From positions 15,315-79,314 of the forward strand of contig JBIOUY010000082.1 in the NCBI GenBank assembly GCA_044867445.1: 64,000 nt of DNA, written 5' to 3'. Of this stretch, positions 54,059 through 63,424 are shown piece by piece (the stretch's first letter is position 1; each line of letters opens with the position of its first letter). The notes below the pieces were generated by a model. The model saw only the letters and a list, made by a program, of their open reading frames with translations, had not been told where the DNA came from and made no database searches. Source of the DNA: Gemmatimonadales bacterium (GTDB lineage: Bacteria; Gemmatimonadota; Gemmatimonadetes; Gemmatimonadales; GWC2-71-9). A program made the position numbers and the translations under genes.

Positions 54059-55477
54059 TCACGCCTGGATGCCGTACTTCTTCAGCCGATAGCGAAGCGT
54101 GTCACGCGAGATCCCGAGCCGCTGGGCCGCCCGGGTCTGGTTGCCCTCCGACTCCTGCAGCGCCCGCTCGATCATGATGCGTTCCCATTGCTCGAGATCG
54201 GTGCCGGGAGGAGGGAAAGGGGTACCGGTGGGTGCCTTGGGGTAACCCGCGGCGCCGTCACGGGCGGATGGGGCTGCTTCCAAGGCGGCCGAAGCTTGGG
54301 GGATGTCGAGCGCGAGGTGCTCCAGGTCGAGGCTTGGCCCTCTGCTCCAGAGCACCGCTCGTTCAATGACGTGGCTCAACTCGCGCACGTTGCCGGGCCA
54401 GGGATACGCTAACAGTGATTGGCGGGCCTGCGCATCGATCCGGCGGACGTCGCGGCCGTATTTGGAGCTGAATCGGGCCAGAAACAGCTCGGCGAGCTTG
54501 AGCACGTCCTCCCCCCGCTCCCGCAATGGAGGGAGCCGAAGGAGAATGACGGCGAGCCTGAAATAGAGATCCCGGCGAAACCGCTCCCGCTGAGCCGCGC
54601 GCTCGAGGTCTCGATTGGTAGCAGCCAGAATCCGCACGTCGATCCGCCGATCGCGAAGACCGCCCACTCGCCGGGTAGTGCGGTCCTCCACCGCCTTCAG
54701 GAGCTTGCCCTGGAGCGAAAGCTCCAGGTCACCTACCTCATCCAGGAATAGGAACCCGCCCTCCGCCGCCTCGAACAGTCCGAGCTTGGATTCCTTGGCA
54801 TCGGTGAAGGCCCCCCGCTCGTAACCGAAGAGTTCGGCCTCCATGAGGGTGGCCGGGAGGGCAGTACAGTTCACCTCGATAAACGGCTTGCTGGCCCGAT
54901 GGCTCGCGGCGTGAATGCTTCGCGCGACTAATCCCTTGCCGGTCCCGGTCTCGCCGGTGATCAGCACCGGGGGCGTCTCCGGCAGGGCCGCGATCTGCCG
55001 AATCTGCTCCAGGACGGCGCGCATCGGGGGTGACTCCCCGATGATACCCGTGATCGGAGCGCCACCCGCGGCCCGCTGACGGTAATAAGAGAGCTCCTGT
55101 TTGAGCTGCGAGGTCTCGCGGGCGCGGTCGGCGAGCAGTCGCAGCTCTTCCAGATCAACCGGCTTCTTCAGGTAATCGAACGCGCCCAGCTTCACCGCCT
55201 CGACCGCACCCTCGATGGTTCCGAACGCGGTCATGACGATCACCGGAATGCTGGGATCAATCTCCCGGATCCGTCGCAGCAGGTCGATGCCGGTGAGGGT
55301 GCCGGGGAGCCGGACATCGGTAAACACCACGTCGGGACTGATCCGGCCCAGGAGCTCGAGCGCTTGATCGACGTCGGTGGCCACCTCGGTCTCGTAGCCA
55401 TACTCCGCCAGGAAGGCCTTCATCGCCCGCGCGAGAGTCCGTTCGTCCTCGACCAGCAAGATGGTAGCGCCGCTCAT
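54059..55477 (-). CDS. NtrC-family sigma-54-dependent response regulator (REC-AAA+-HTH)
   Basis: The receiver shows ILLVEDE...FTDVRLPG. The AAA+ domain shows GETGTGKG, GAFTDA, FLFLDEVG. The C-terminal Fis-type HTH is NQTRAAQRLGISRDTLRYRLKKYG. The ATG at 55477 overlaps the kinase stop (ATGA). Confidence 0.9.
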   Translation of the reverse strand: MSGATILLVEDERTLARAMKAFLAEYGYETEVATDVDQALELLGRISPDVVFTDVRLPGTLTGIDLLRRIREIDPSIPVIVMTAFGTIEGAVEAVKLGAFDYLKKPVDLEELRLLADRARETSQLKQELSYYRQRAAGGAPITGIIGESPPMRAVLEQIRQIAALPETPPVLITGETGTGKGLVARSIHAASHRASKPFIEVNCTALPATLMEAELFGYERGAFTDAKESKLGLFEAAEGGFLFLDEVGDLELSLQGKLLKAVEDRTTRRVGGLRDRRIDVRILAATNRDLERAAQRERFRRDLYFRLAVILLRLPPLRERGEDVLKLAELFLARFSSKYGRDVRRIDAQARQSLLAYPWPGNVRELSHVIERAVLWSRGPSLDLEHLALDIPQASAALEAAPSARDGAAGYPKAPTGTPFPPPGTDLEQWERIMIERALQESEGNQTRAAQRLGISRDTLRYRLKKYGIQA

Positions 55478-56955
55478 AGCGCCGCTCCGGCGGCCGGGAG
55501 CCGGACCCTGACGGTGGTGCCCTCGGCTACCCGGCTCTCGATTTCCAGTCGTCCGCCGTTTTGCTCGATGTAGCGCTTGGCGATGGCCAGCCCCAGTCCA
55601 GTGCCCTCTGCCCGGGTGGTGAAGAAGGGCTCGCACACCGAGGCGATCGCCTGCGCCGGAATCCCCCCGCCGGTGTCGTTGACAGCGACGGTCACTTCCC
55701 CGGGTCCGGAGGCGCCGTTCTCAGCATGCGCCTCTATCGAGAGCTTGCCGCCTTGGGACATGGCATCCAGGGCATTCGACACTACTTCCACCAGCGCCTG
55801 CTCCAATTGCACGGGGTCTACTCGCACCGGGGGAAGATCCGGGGGAACGCTGACCCGAAGCTCCACGCCCCGCTCCCGAATCGGCGCCGCGAATGTCGGG
55901 AGCATCTCGTCGATCAGGTGCGCCACACTCTCCGGCATGGGATGAAATGGTGCCGGCCGGCTGAAGCTGAGAAGGTGATTGATGCGCCGATCGAGCCGGT
56001 CGACCTCCCCGACGATGGCGTCGAGGTGCTCCCGGGCAGAGGGAGATTCCGGATGCCGCCGGACCAGCTGGGCCGCGGCTCGCAGGCTGGCGAGTGGGTT
56101 GCGCAGACCGTGGGCCACGGCTGCCGACATCTCCCCGATCGAGGCCAGCTTCTCGGACTGGACCAGCTGGGCTTGAGTCCGCTCGAGCTGCGCGATATTC
56201 GCTTTCAGATTCTCGGTCATCCGGCCAAAGGCGCGCGCCAGATCACCGATCTCGTCCTGAGAGGTCGCCTTCACCGGATGGTCCAGGTCGCCGGAACCCA
56301 CCACCGCCATCGCCTGGGTGAGCTCCTGAATCGGGCGGGCGAGGCCCCGCGCGATGAGCCCGGAGACCAGGAGTCCCGCCGCCAACGCAATGAGCATGAT
56401 GCCCAGGAGCACGCGGCCTTCCGAGCTCAGAATTTCCTCCAGTCGGGCGTAGGCCCCTTTCACGCTCGACTCCCGGGCGCGGCGATAGATCTCGCGATTC
56501 ATCTGAGTGAGGAGTGGGAGCAGGCGGGCTTTCAACTCGCGCTGAGCCATACGATAGGCGACTTCGCGTTGCCCGGCGTCATACAAGGCGAACACACTGT
56601 CCGAGACCGATACGATCTGCTGCTGAATCCGCGCGACGCCGTTAGCCAACTCCATTTCGTCGGGGCGGAGCTCCGCCCGCCAACGCTGCTGCCAGTAGTC
56701 CACCACCTCGCCGGTCAGACGAAATTCTTTCCGGGCATCGGGGTCCAGGCCGCTCAGGTAGCGCCAGATCACCTCGCTCTGATTGAACATGGCGGTCTCG
56801 AGCTCCGCATAGGTGCGGGTTCGGGCCATGCTCTCACCCAACGCCTGCAGCGCCCGGTGCTCGAGCGCGTTGCTGCGGATGGCCTCGGCGCCGACCAGCA
56901 GCGCCGGGAGGGCCATCAAGGAGAAGCCGAGCAGGAGCTTGCGCTGGAAGGTCAC
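55474..56955 (-). CDS. Sensor histidine kinase (2 TM, HAMP, HisKA, HATPase_c)
   Basis: H-box EMSAAVAHGLRNPLASL, N-box VVSNALDAM, G-boxes NDTGGGIP and GTGLGLAIAK. The GTG at 56955 forms a GTGA overlap with the upstream EBP stop. Confidence 0.85.
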   Translation of the reverse strand: MTFQRKLLLGFSLMALPALLVGAEAIRSNALEHRALQALGESMARTRTYAELETAMFNQSEVIWRYLSGLDPDARKEFRLTGEVVDYWQQRWRAELRPDEMELANGVARIQQQIVSVSDSVFALYDAGQREVAYRMAQRELKARLLPLLTQMNREIYRRARESSVKGAYARLEEILSSEGRVLLGIMLIALAAGLLVSGLIARGLARPIQELTQAMAVVGSGDLDHPVKATSQDEIGDLARAFGRMTENLKANIAQLERTQAQLVQSEKLASIGEMSAAVAHGLRNPLASLRAAAQLVRRHPESPSAREHLDAIVGEVDRLDRRINHLLSFSRPAPFHPMPESVAHLIDEMLPTFAAPIRERGVELRVSVPPDLPPVRVDPVQLEQALVEVVSNALDAMSQGGKLSIEAHAENGASGPGEVTVAVNDTGGGIPAQAIASVCEPFFTTRAEGTGLGLAIAKRYIEQNGGRLEIESRVAEGTTVRVRLPAAGAAL

Positions 56956-58292
56956 GAAAGGTCCGGGCCGGCACTTCCCAGCCCGGCTTCGCGCCACCAC
57001 CGGTAGAACGTCGCCCGGCCGATGCCGAGCGCGCGGGCCGCGGCAGTGCGATTGCCTCCATGGGAAGACAGCGCGCGAAGCAGAGCGGTTCGCCGGTCCT
57101 CTTTTGCCGGTGCGTAGGCTGGGTGGGAGATCGTGGCTCCTTGCAGGAGGGTCTCGACCGCGAGGTGGCTCAGCTCGATGGTGGGAATCATATCAGGCGA
57201 ACTGGAGGAGACCCTTGCCGAGGCCTGGCGAAGCACAACCTCCAGTTGCCGTACATTGCCGGGCCAGTCACTGGCCTGAAGCGCGGCCAAGGCCTGGTCG
57301 GTCAGCGTGGTGCCCGGAGGGGCGTACCGGGAGAGGAAGTGGTCGGCCAGGAGCGGAATGTCCCCGCGGCGGTCGCGCAGAGCCGGAATCGCGATCCGGA
57401 CCACCCGGAGCCGGCGGTACAGGTCCTGGCGGAACCGGCCCTGGGCCACCTCCTGCTCCAGCGGCGAGGCGGAGGCGGCGATGACGCGAACATCAACCAT
57501 TCGGGATCGGGGATCGCCCCGGCGTTCGATTTCCCCGCCTTGGAGCAGATGCAGCAATCTGGCCTGAACCGCCAAGGGGATCCGGTTGACCGCCTCGAGA
57601 AAGAGGGTGCCGGAATGAGCCAGCTCGACGCGTCCGATCCGGGTACCGGACGTTGATGTGGTACCCCGCACCTCGCCGAAGAGCTCGGCTTCAAGGGCGG
57701 TCGGCGGTACAGCAGCGCAGTCTACCGCAATGAGTGGCCGCTCGGCGCGCTGACTCCGGGCATGAAGCAGCTGCGCCACGACCTCTTTGCCGACGCCAGA
57801 CTCGCCCTCGATAACAACCGGAGCATCACTCGGCGCGACCGCGTCGATGAGCTCGTACATCGCCTCCATGGCGGGATCCGAGCCCACCAGGCTGCCGTAG
57901 CCGGGTCGTCCGCCGGGGCCGGTCCCCTGCCGGCAGAGTACTCCGGCGTCACGAATGACCACCAGCACGCCAACTGCTCCCACCGCGTCGGTCCAAGGGC
58001 GCGCGCTCACCTCGGCGGTACGGAGGTTCCCCTGAGCACAGAGCACGTCGGCGAGGGCGCGGATGGGTCGGCCGGTCGAGCGGACGTCCCAGAGCAGATC
58101 GGCCACGGCGGGCTCGAGCCGGAGGACCTCCCGCCAGGGGAGCGAACGCCCTTCGGCTGGGGCCAGCCCGGTCACCCGGCTGGCTGCGGGATTATGGAGG
58201 AGCACTCGGCCCGAGGCGTCGATCCCGATCGCCCCGTCGTCAGTAGAGGCGAGCCAGGCCTCGAACATGCCGGCGTCGACCGTGTCGGTCAT
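56952..58292 (-). CDS. PAS-domain enhancer-binding-protein homologue with degenerate GAFTGA and Walker B
   Basis: N-terminal PAS domain (IGIDASGRVLLHNPAASRVTG). The AAA+ domain has an intact Walker A (GESGVGKE). GTTSTS stands where GAFTGA is expected, and LFLEAV where LFLDEI is expected. C-terminal HTH: NRTAAARALGIGRATFYRW. The Met at 58292 is preferred. Confidence 0.8.
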   Translation of the reverse strand: MTDTVDAGMFEAWLASTDDGAIGIDASGRVLLHNPAASRVTGLAPAEGRSLPWREVLRLEPAVADLLWDVRSTGRPIRALADVLCAQGNLRTAEVSARPWTDAVGAVGVLVVIRDAGVLCRQGTGPGGRPGYGSLVGSDPAMEAMYELIDAVAPSDAPVVIEGESGVGKEVVAQLLHARSQRAERPLIAVDCAAVPPTALEAELFGEVRGTTSTSGTRIGRVELAHSGTLFLEAVNRIPLAVQARLLHLLQGGEIERRGDPRSRMVDVRVIAASASPLEQEVAQGRFRQDLYRRLRVVRIAIPALRDRRGDIPLLADHFLSRYAPPGTTLTDQALAALQASDWPGNVRQLEVVLRQASARVSSSSPDMIPTIELSHLAVETLLQGATISHPAYAPAKEDRRTALLRALSSHGGNRTAAARALGIGRATFYRWWREAGLGSAGPDLS

Positions 58293-58331
58293 CCCGATTC
58301 TCTGGTACGGAGGAGGTCTCTGCTGAATATG

Positions 58332-58495
58332 AGGCGGAAAGGCGGTAGGGCGGTAGGGCGGTAAGGCACTAAGGCGGTAGAGAAGGCGAAAAACGGGGCG
58401 GGCGCGGCGGAAAAAGGCAATCTCCATCCTTCCGCTTTTTCTTCCGCCCTCTTTCCGCCTTCTGATCCGCCTTTAACGCCGCCTAATGCGCCGCC
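58332..58495. repeat. 8-nt tandem repeats (GGCGGTAG-type) plus a pyrimidine-rich inverted counterpart
   Basis: Left arm: GGCGGAAA GGCGGTAG GGCGGTAG GGCGGTAA GGCACTAA GGCGGTAG AGAAGGCG. Right arm: CCTTCCGC TTTTTCTT CCGCCCTC TTTCCGCC TTCTGATC CGCCTTTA ACGCCGCC. The right arm runs into the last codons of the MFS gene. Arm complementarity is looser than in the other elements. Confidence 0.6.
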
Positions 58496-60072
58496 CCCGC
58501 CCCCGCCCGAGAACGCCCGTGACGGAAGAAGAGCAGCAGCGGTAGGGCCAGGGTGAAGGTGATGCCCATGGTCAGAAACACCTTTTCGAAAGCGACCATG
58601 GAGGCCTGCTGGCGGAGCACGCCCTCGAGCGCCCCGTATGCCCGGTTCTGCGCCTCGGCCAGGGTGCCGCCTTCGCTCAGCATGCGGCGGGTCACCTGCT
58701 CGAGCCAGACCCGGGTGGATGGCTCCGCCATCGAAAGGTGGGGAACGAGCGCCTGCCTGCCTTGCTCGGTGAAGCGGGTGAGCAGGGTGGCGGTGATGGC
58801 GATGCCGAAGCTGCCACCGAGCTGACGAGCCAGGTTGAAGAGGCCAGTGCCTTGGGCCATCTGGTCAGGCCGGAGGTCAGCCACGGACGCACCGGTGAGG
58901 GGCACAAAGATGAACCCCAGGCCGACGCCGCGCAGAATCATGGGCCAGAAGAGGTCGTGCATCCCGATCTGCAGGGTGAAGTGGTAGTGCAGCCACATCG
59001 ACCACAGGAACAGCAGGACGCCGATCGGAATCAGGACCCGAGCATCGAAGCGCTGCCCCATGCGGCCCATCAGGGCCATGGTAAAGGCGCTGGCGATCGC
59101 TCCGGGCAGGATCACGCGCCCGGTGTCCCACGCGGCGTATCCCAGGAGGTTCTGCAAGAACACCGGCAGGGCGAACACGCTGGCGTAGAGGGCGAAGCCC
59201 AGCACACCCGCGAAGGTCACCCCGGCCGCGAGCTGCCGGTTCTTGAGGATCCGCAAGTTCACGATGGGGTTGGGCGTCCGCAGCTCGTGCCATACGAACA
59301 GCACCAGGCCGATACCAGCGAGAATGGACTCCACCACAATCTCACGGGCCTCGAACCAATCTTTGGACTCACCCCGTTCGAGCAGGATCTGAAGCGATCC
59401 AATCCCGAGGATCAGCAGACCCAGACCGACCCAGTCTACTCCGGAGCTGCGACTGACAGCATGCTCCGGCTCTGGCACCGAACGCCAGGTCATGATCCCG
59501 GCGAGGATGCCCAACGGCAGATTGATGTAGAAGATCCAGGGCCAGGAGTAGTTGTCGGTGATCCATCCGCCGAGCGTCGGGCCCAGCGTGGGTCCTACCA
59601 TGACGCCCATTCCGAAGATCGCCATCGCCTTGCCCCGTTCCCGGAGGGGGAAGACGTCGAACAGGATGGCCTGGGCGGTACTGATCAGCGCTCCGCCGCC
59701 GATGCCCTGAATCACTCGCCAGAGGACCAGGCTCTCGAGCGAGCGAGCGCTGCCGCAGAAGAAGGAGGCCAGGGTGAAGAGCGCGATGGATGCGGTGTAG
59801 TAGTTCCTTCGCCCAAACCGCTCCGACAACCAGCTGGTGAGTGGAAGCACGATCACGTTGGCCACGATATAGCCCGTGCTCACCCAGGCGATCTCGTCCA
59901 GCGTCGCGCCGAGATTTCCCATCATGTGCGGGATCGCGACGTTGACGATGCTGGTGTCCACCAGCTCGAGCACGCTCGCCAGCGTAACCGCGAAGGCGAT
60001 CAGGTAGCGTGAGCGATAGACCTGCTCCCGGCTGAGCGGCTGCGGCCGGATGGGAAGTGCCAGAGTAGCCAT
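58483..60072 (-). CDS. emrB: MFS drug efflux transporter, DHA2 (EmrB/QacA) family, 14 TM
   Basis: LDTSIVNVAIPHM, GWITDNYSWPWIFYINLP, 529 aa. Confidence 0.9.
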   Translation of the reverse strand: MATLALPIRPQPLSREQVYRSRYLIAFAVTLASVLELVDTSIVNVAIPHMMGNLGATLDEIAWVSTGYIVANVIVLPLTSWLSERFGRRNYYTASIALFTLASFFCGSARSLESLVLWRVIQGIGGGALISTAQAILFDVFPLRERGKAMAIFGMGVMVGPTLGPTLGGWITDNYSWPWIFYINLPLGILAGIMTWRSVPEPEHAVSRSSGVDWVGLGLLILGIGSLQILLERGESKDWFEAREIVVESILAGIGLVLFVWHELRTPNPIVNLRILKNRQLAAGVTFAGVLGFALYASVFALPVFLQNLLGYAAWDTGRVILPGAIASAFTMALMGRMGQRFDARVLIPIGVLLFLWSMWLHYHFTLQIGMHDLFWPMILRGVGLGFIFVPLTGASVADLRPDQMAQGTGLFNLARQLGGSFGIAITATLLTRFTEQGRQALVPHLSMAEPSTRVWLEQVTRRMLSEGGTLAEAQNRAYGALEGVLRQQASMVAFEKVFLTMGITFTLALPLLLFFRHGRSRAGAGAAH

Positions 60073-60084
60073 GACGACCTCGAC

Positions 60085-61176
60085 TCACCCGGTCGTGATG
60101 GTCACTTCGACCGACATTCCCGGCCGCAGCGGAGCGGATGGGTCGGTGTTCGGGTCCACCGCGATCCGTACCGGCACCCGCTGAACGACTTTGGTGAAGT
60201 TGCCGGTCGCGTTATCCGGCGGCAGCAAGGCGAACCGCGCGCCTGTGGCCGGGCTGAGACTCTCCACCTTGCCGTGGAAGACCTGCCCCGGATAGGCATC
60301 CACGGTAAACTCCACCCAGTCGCCGACCGCGACGTGAGCGAGCTGGGTCTCCTTGAGGTTGGCGGTCACCCAAACCTTCTTCTCCGGTACGATCGACAGC
60401 AGGTTCTGCCCCACCTGCACCAGCGCACCGGGCTCGGCGCTGCGCTTGGCGATCAAGCCATCGGTCGGCGCCACGATGACAGCGTAGCTCAGCTGGAGCC
60501 GGGCATTGTCTACGGCCGCCTGGGCCGCGGCCAGACGGGCGTCGGCTCCCCGCACCGCGGCCCCGGAAGCGGACACCTGGCTCCCGGCAGCGGCGGCCTG
60601 CTTGCGAGCGGCCTGCAGGTTTGCCCCCGCGGCGTCGTAGGCCGCCTGGGCCTCATCGAGCTGTTGGGCTGAAATGATCTTGGAGGCGGCGAGGCCGCGG
60701 TAGCGCCCGAGGTCCGATGCCGCCTTGCGGTAGCTGGCTTCAGCCGCCGCAATGGCTGCTTCGGCCGATGCGGCCTGAGCCCGCGTGGCATCGAGCTGGG
60801 CCGCCGCCTGCCCCGCGCGACCCCGCGACGTCACCGCGCTTTGGGCGTCACGTAAGTCCGCCTCCGCCTGCAGCAGCCGCACCTCGAAGTCTCGCCGATC
60901 GAGGACGACCAGCGTGTCTCCCGCCTTCACGTGCTGGTTGTCGTCCACCAACACTCGCTCGATGAAGCCGGAGACCCTGGGAGAGATGGTCGTGATATGG
61001 CCATCGACCTGTGCGTTGCCGGTGGTCACGTGATGTCGGCTGTAGATGTAGCGACGAACTCCCCACACGGCCAACGTCAGCACGAGCAGGCCGAGAATGA
61101 GAAGAGGGAGGCGCTTGGTCCAGCTCTTGGCCTGGGGTGCTGCAGTTGCCGGAACATCCAGTGCGATGTCGGTCAT
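60085..61176 (-). CDS. emrA: HlyD/EmrA-type membrane fusion protein
   Basis: N-terminal TM segment, then TTGNAQVDGHITTISPRVSGFI, a long Ala/Gln coiled coil, and the C-terminal FTKVVQRVPVRI. Confidence 0.9.
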   Translation of the reverse strand: MTDIALDVPATAAPQAKSWTKRLPLLILGLLVLTLAVWGVRRYIYSRHHVTTGNAQVDGHITTISPRVSGFIERVLVDDNQHVKAGDTLVVLDRRDFEVRLLQAEADLRDAQSAVTSRGRAGQAAAQLDATRAQAASAEAAIAAAEASYRKAASDLGRYRGLAASKIISAQQLDEAQAAYDAAGANLQAARKQAAAAGSQVSASGAAVRGADARLAAAQAAVDNARLQLSYAVIVAPTDGLIAKRSAEPGALVQVGQNLLSIVPEKKVWVTANLKETQLAHVAVGDWVEFTVDAYPGQVFHGKVESLSPATGARFALLPPDNATGNFTKVVQRVPVRIAVDPNTDPSAPLRPGMSVEVTITTG

Positions 61177-61201
61177 TTCAGTCTCTTTGCGTCGATGGCG
61201 T

Positions 61202-62512
61202 TCACTGCAATTGGTCGATCACACCGAGCGCCCGATAGGCGCTCACGCGTGCGGTACCATAGTTGACTCGGGCCTGAATCAAGGCGTCGCGGGCCGAGAT
61301 CACGGACCCTTGGGCGTTCGTAGTCTCCACGCTCCCGGCCACACCCGCACGGAAGCGTTCCTGGGCCAGACTCAGCTCCTGCTCGGAGAGTCGAAGGCGC
61401 TGGCCGGCGATCGCGACCTGCTGCTGCGCGGAGGCGAGGTCGAGCACCGCCTGCCGAGCCTCAGTCTCGACTTGATTGACCAGATCGTGCTCCCGGAGCT
61501 GCTGCACCTCGAGCTTGACCGCCTGCTCTGTCACTCGGCTCTGCCGGCGGAAGCCGTCCAGGATCGGCACACTCAACAGCAGCTGCACGTTATAGCTGTC
61601 ATCGAGCGCACCGGTCCTCTGTCCGCTCTCCTGGTAGGCGCCGTTGACCGATAAGCTGGGGAGGTACTCGTATCGGATGGCGCTTAGGTTGCGCCGAGCG
61701 GCGGTGGTACGCGCGCGCTCGGCTGCGAGCTCGGCCCGGTGCTGCCGGGCGAAGTCCGCGGCCGAATCGGGCCGGAGCGGAAGGTTCATTGGGCCCAGCC
61801 CGAGGGAGTCGGCGAGCTCGATTCGGGTGCCGGACGGAAGATCCAAGGTCCGCAGCAAATCGAGCCGGGCGCGATCAACTCCGTTGCGGGCGACCTCCAA
61901 TTGCGTCTGCACCGACGCGAAGCTCACCTCGCTCCGGGTCGCGTCGATCGCGGGGCTCACGCCGGCGGCAACCAGCTGGCGGGCCTGGGCCAGCAGCTCG
62001 GCAGCAATGGTGCTGTCCGCCTCGCGAGCCCGCACGGTCTCCTGGGCGCTCAACAGCTGGAGGTAGGCAAGCCCGGCGGTGGCTCCGGCGACTTCTCCCG
62101 ATGCCTGCGCGTCGAGGCCCGACGCTATCGCGGTGTCGCGCCCGGCACGCAACCGCGCAATCAGGCTTGCGTCGAAGACCGTTTGAGTCGCTCGCAGCTG
62201 AAATCGCCACACACTGAAGGGGTCGGTCACCCCGCTCGCGATCGGAATCCCGAACTCATCCAGATTGACCGTCTGCGGGGTGACGGACGCGTTCCCGCTG
62301 ATGTTCGGCAGCAGATCGGCTCGGCGCTCCCCTACCCGAGCGTTGGCCGCACGCACGTTGAGCCGAGCCACGGCGGCATCCACGCCCTGCCGGCGACCCA
62401 GCGAGATGGCTTGAATCAAGCTCAGGGGTCCGGACGGAAGAATCGGCTGCTGCGCGAAAGCGGGTGCCGGAGAGACACTCAGGAGAACGAGCAGGAACAG
62501 AGCGCAACGCAT
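61202..62512 (-). CDS. TolC-family outer membrane efflux protein
   Basis: Signal peptide, two repeats of the OEP pattern, 436 aa. Confidence 0.85.
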   Translation of the reverse strand: MRCALFLLVLLSVSPAPAFAQQPILPSGPLSLIQAISLGRRQGVDAAVARLNVRAANARVGERRADLLPNISGNASVTPQTVNLDEFGIPIASGVTDPFSVWRFQLRATQTVFDASLIARLRAGRDTAIASGLDAQASGEVAGATAGLAYLQLLSAQETVRAREADSTIAAELLAQARQLVAAGVSPAIDATRSEVSFASVQTQLEVARNGVDRARLDLLRTLDLPSGTRIELADSLGLGPMNLPLRPDSAADFARQHRAELAAERARTTAARRNLSAIRYEYLPSLSVNGAYQESGQRTGALDDSYNVQLLLSVPILDGFRRQSRVTEQAVKLEVQQLREHDLVNQVETEARQAVLDLASAQQQVAIAGQRLRLSEQELSLAQERFRAGVAGSVETTNAQGSVISARDALIQARVNYGTARVSAYRALGVIDQLQ

Positions 62513-62524
62513 TGGTCGATGGCC

Positions 62525-63184
62525 TCAATTCCGGTCCGTGGGAGGCTCAAGCACCCCGTGGAGGTAGAGATCGATCATGCCCTGGAGCGCCTGCTCATCG
62601 GTCAGCGCGGCAGGGTCGAGACGATGGAAGAAGCACTGCACCTGGGCGGTGTGAACCAGCAGCGAGGGGAGTCCCCGGGCGGCGAAACCGCGCGAGGCGG
62701 CGCGAAATTCCCCCGTGGCTACCCCACGCTCGAGCACATCGGCGACGATGCGACGGGCCCGGAGGATGACCTCATCGAAGTAGAACTGCGCCAACTCGGG
62801 GAAACTCCCCAGCTCGGCCTGGACCAATCGAGTGATCCGAGCCATCCGCTCGTTGCGGAGCCCACGGTAAAGCCGGGTGATCAACTCGATCAGCAGATCA
62901 CGGCAACTCCCCTGGTGGGTGCGGACCAACTCCTCACATTCAGCCAGCGCGGCCACGACCTTGGCGCGCACCATCTCGCGGAAGAGCGATTCCTTGGAAT
63001 CGAAGTAGAGATAGACCGTGCCTTTACTGACGCCGGCGAGCCGGGCGACATCGTCCAGCTTGGTGCGAGCAAATCCACATTCACCGAACACGGTTTGCGC
63101 CGCGTCGAGGATCTCCTCTGGTCGGGCGTCGGGGCGGCGTTGCCAGCGAGGCGAGGTGAGGTCTGAGGGAGTGCGATCCACCAA
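62525..63184 (-). CDS. TetR family transcriptional regulator
   Basis: The N-terminal HTH is FGECGFARTKLDDVARLAGVSKGTVYLYFDSKESLF. Confidence 0.9.
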   Translation of the reverse strand: MVDRTPSDLTSPRWQRRPDARPEEILDAAQTVFGECGFARTKLDDVARLAGVSKGTVYLYFDSKESLFREMVRAKVVAALAECEELVRTHQGSCRDLLIELITRLYRGLRNERMARITRLVQAELGSFPELAQFYFDEVILRARRIVADVLERGVATGEFRAASRGFAARGLPSLLVHTAQVQCFFHRLDPAALTDEQALQGMIDLYLHGVLEPPTDRN

Positions 63185-63206
63185 TCGGGCGTCCTTGAAA
63201 TAAATA

Positions 63207-63220
63207 ACTGACCAGTCAGT
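63207..63220. promoter_or_regulatory. Palindrome ACTGAC-CA-GTCAGT, candidate TetR operator
   Basis: Perfect 6+2+6 inverted repeat, 23 nt upstream of the tetR start, in an AT-richer promoter region. Confidence 0.45.
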
Positions 63221-63424
63221 AAGATACGATGTGAGGGTTTTCCGTCAAGCCCGCAGAGAATGGGCCTAACTTCGAGTTGTAAGTGATTTTACGGTAATTG
63301 CTTAGATCACTGGTGCGAGCCCTGCGCGGTCTCACCCGGCCAACCCCAGTCACCGAGGCCAGCTTTCTCTTGCTCCAGTACGCGGAAGTTCCTAGTTTGC
63401 ATCAACCTACCCGGAGGCCAGCCG

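Noticed and set aside
55561-57006. 481-aa ORF on the plus strand (the same applies to 58738..60012 and 61739..63166)
   Set aside because: These are antisense to the histidine kinase, MFS transporter and TolC/TetR genes respectively. All three have clearly coding partners on the opposite strand and no motifs of their own.
63384-63400. GGAAG...TTTGCAT upstream of the TPR gene as a sigma-54 promoter
   Set aside because: GG to GC spacing is 15 nt instead of 12, which is incompatible with a -24/-12 promoter.
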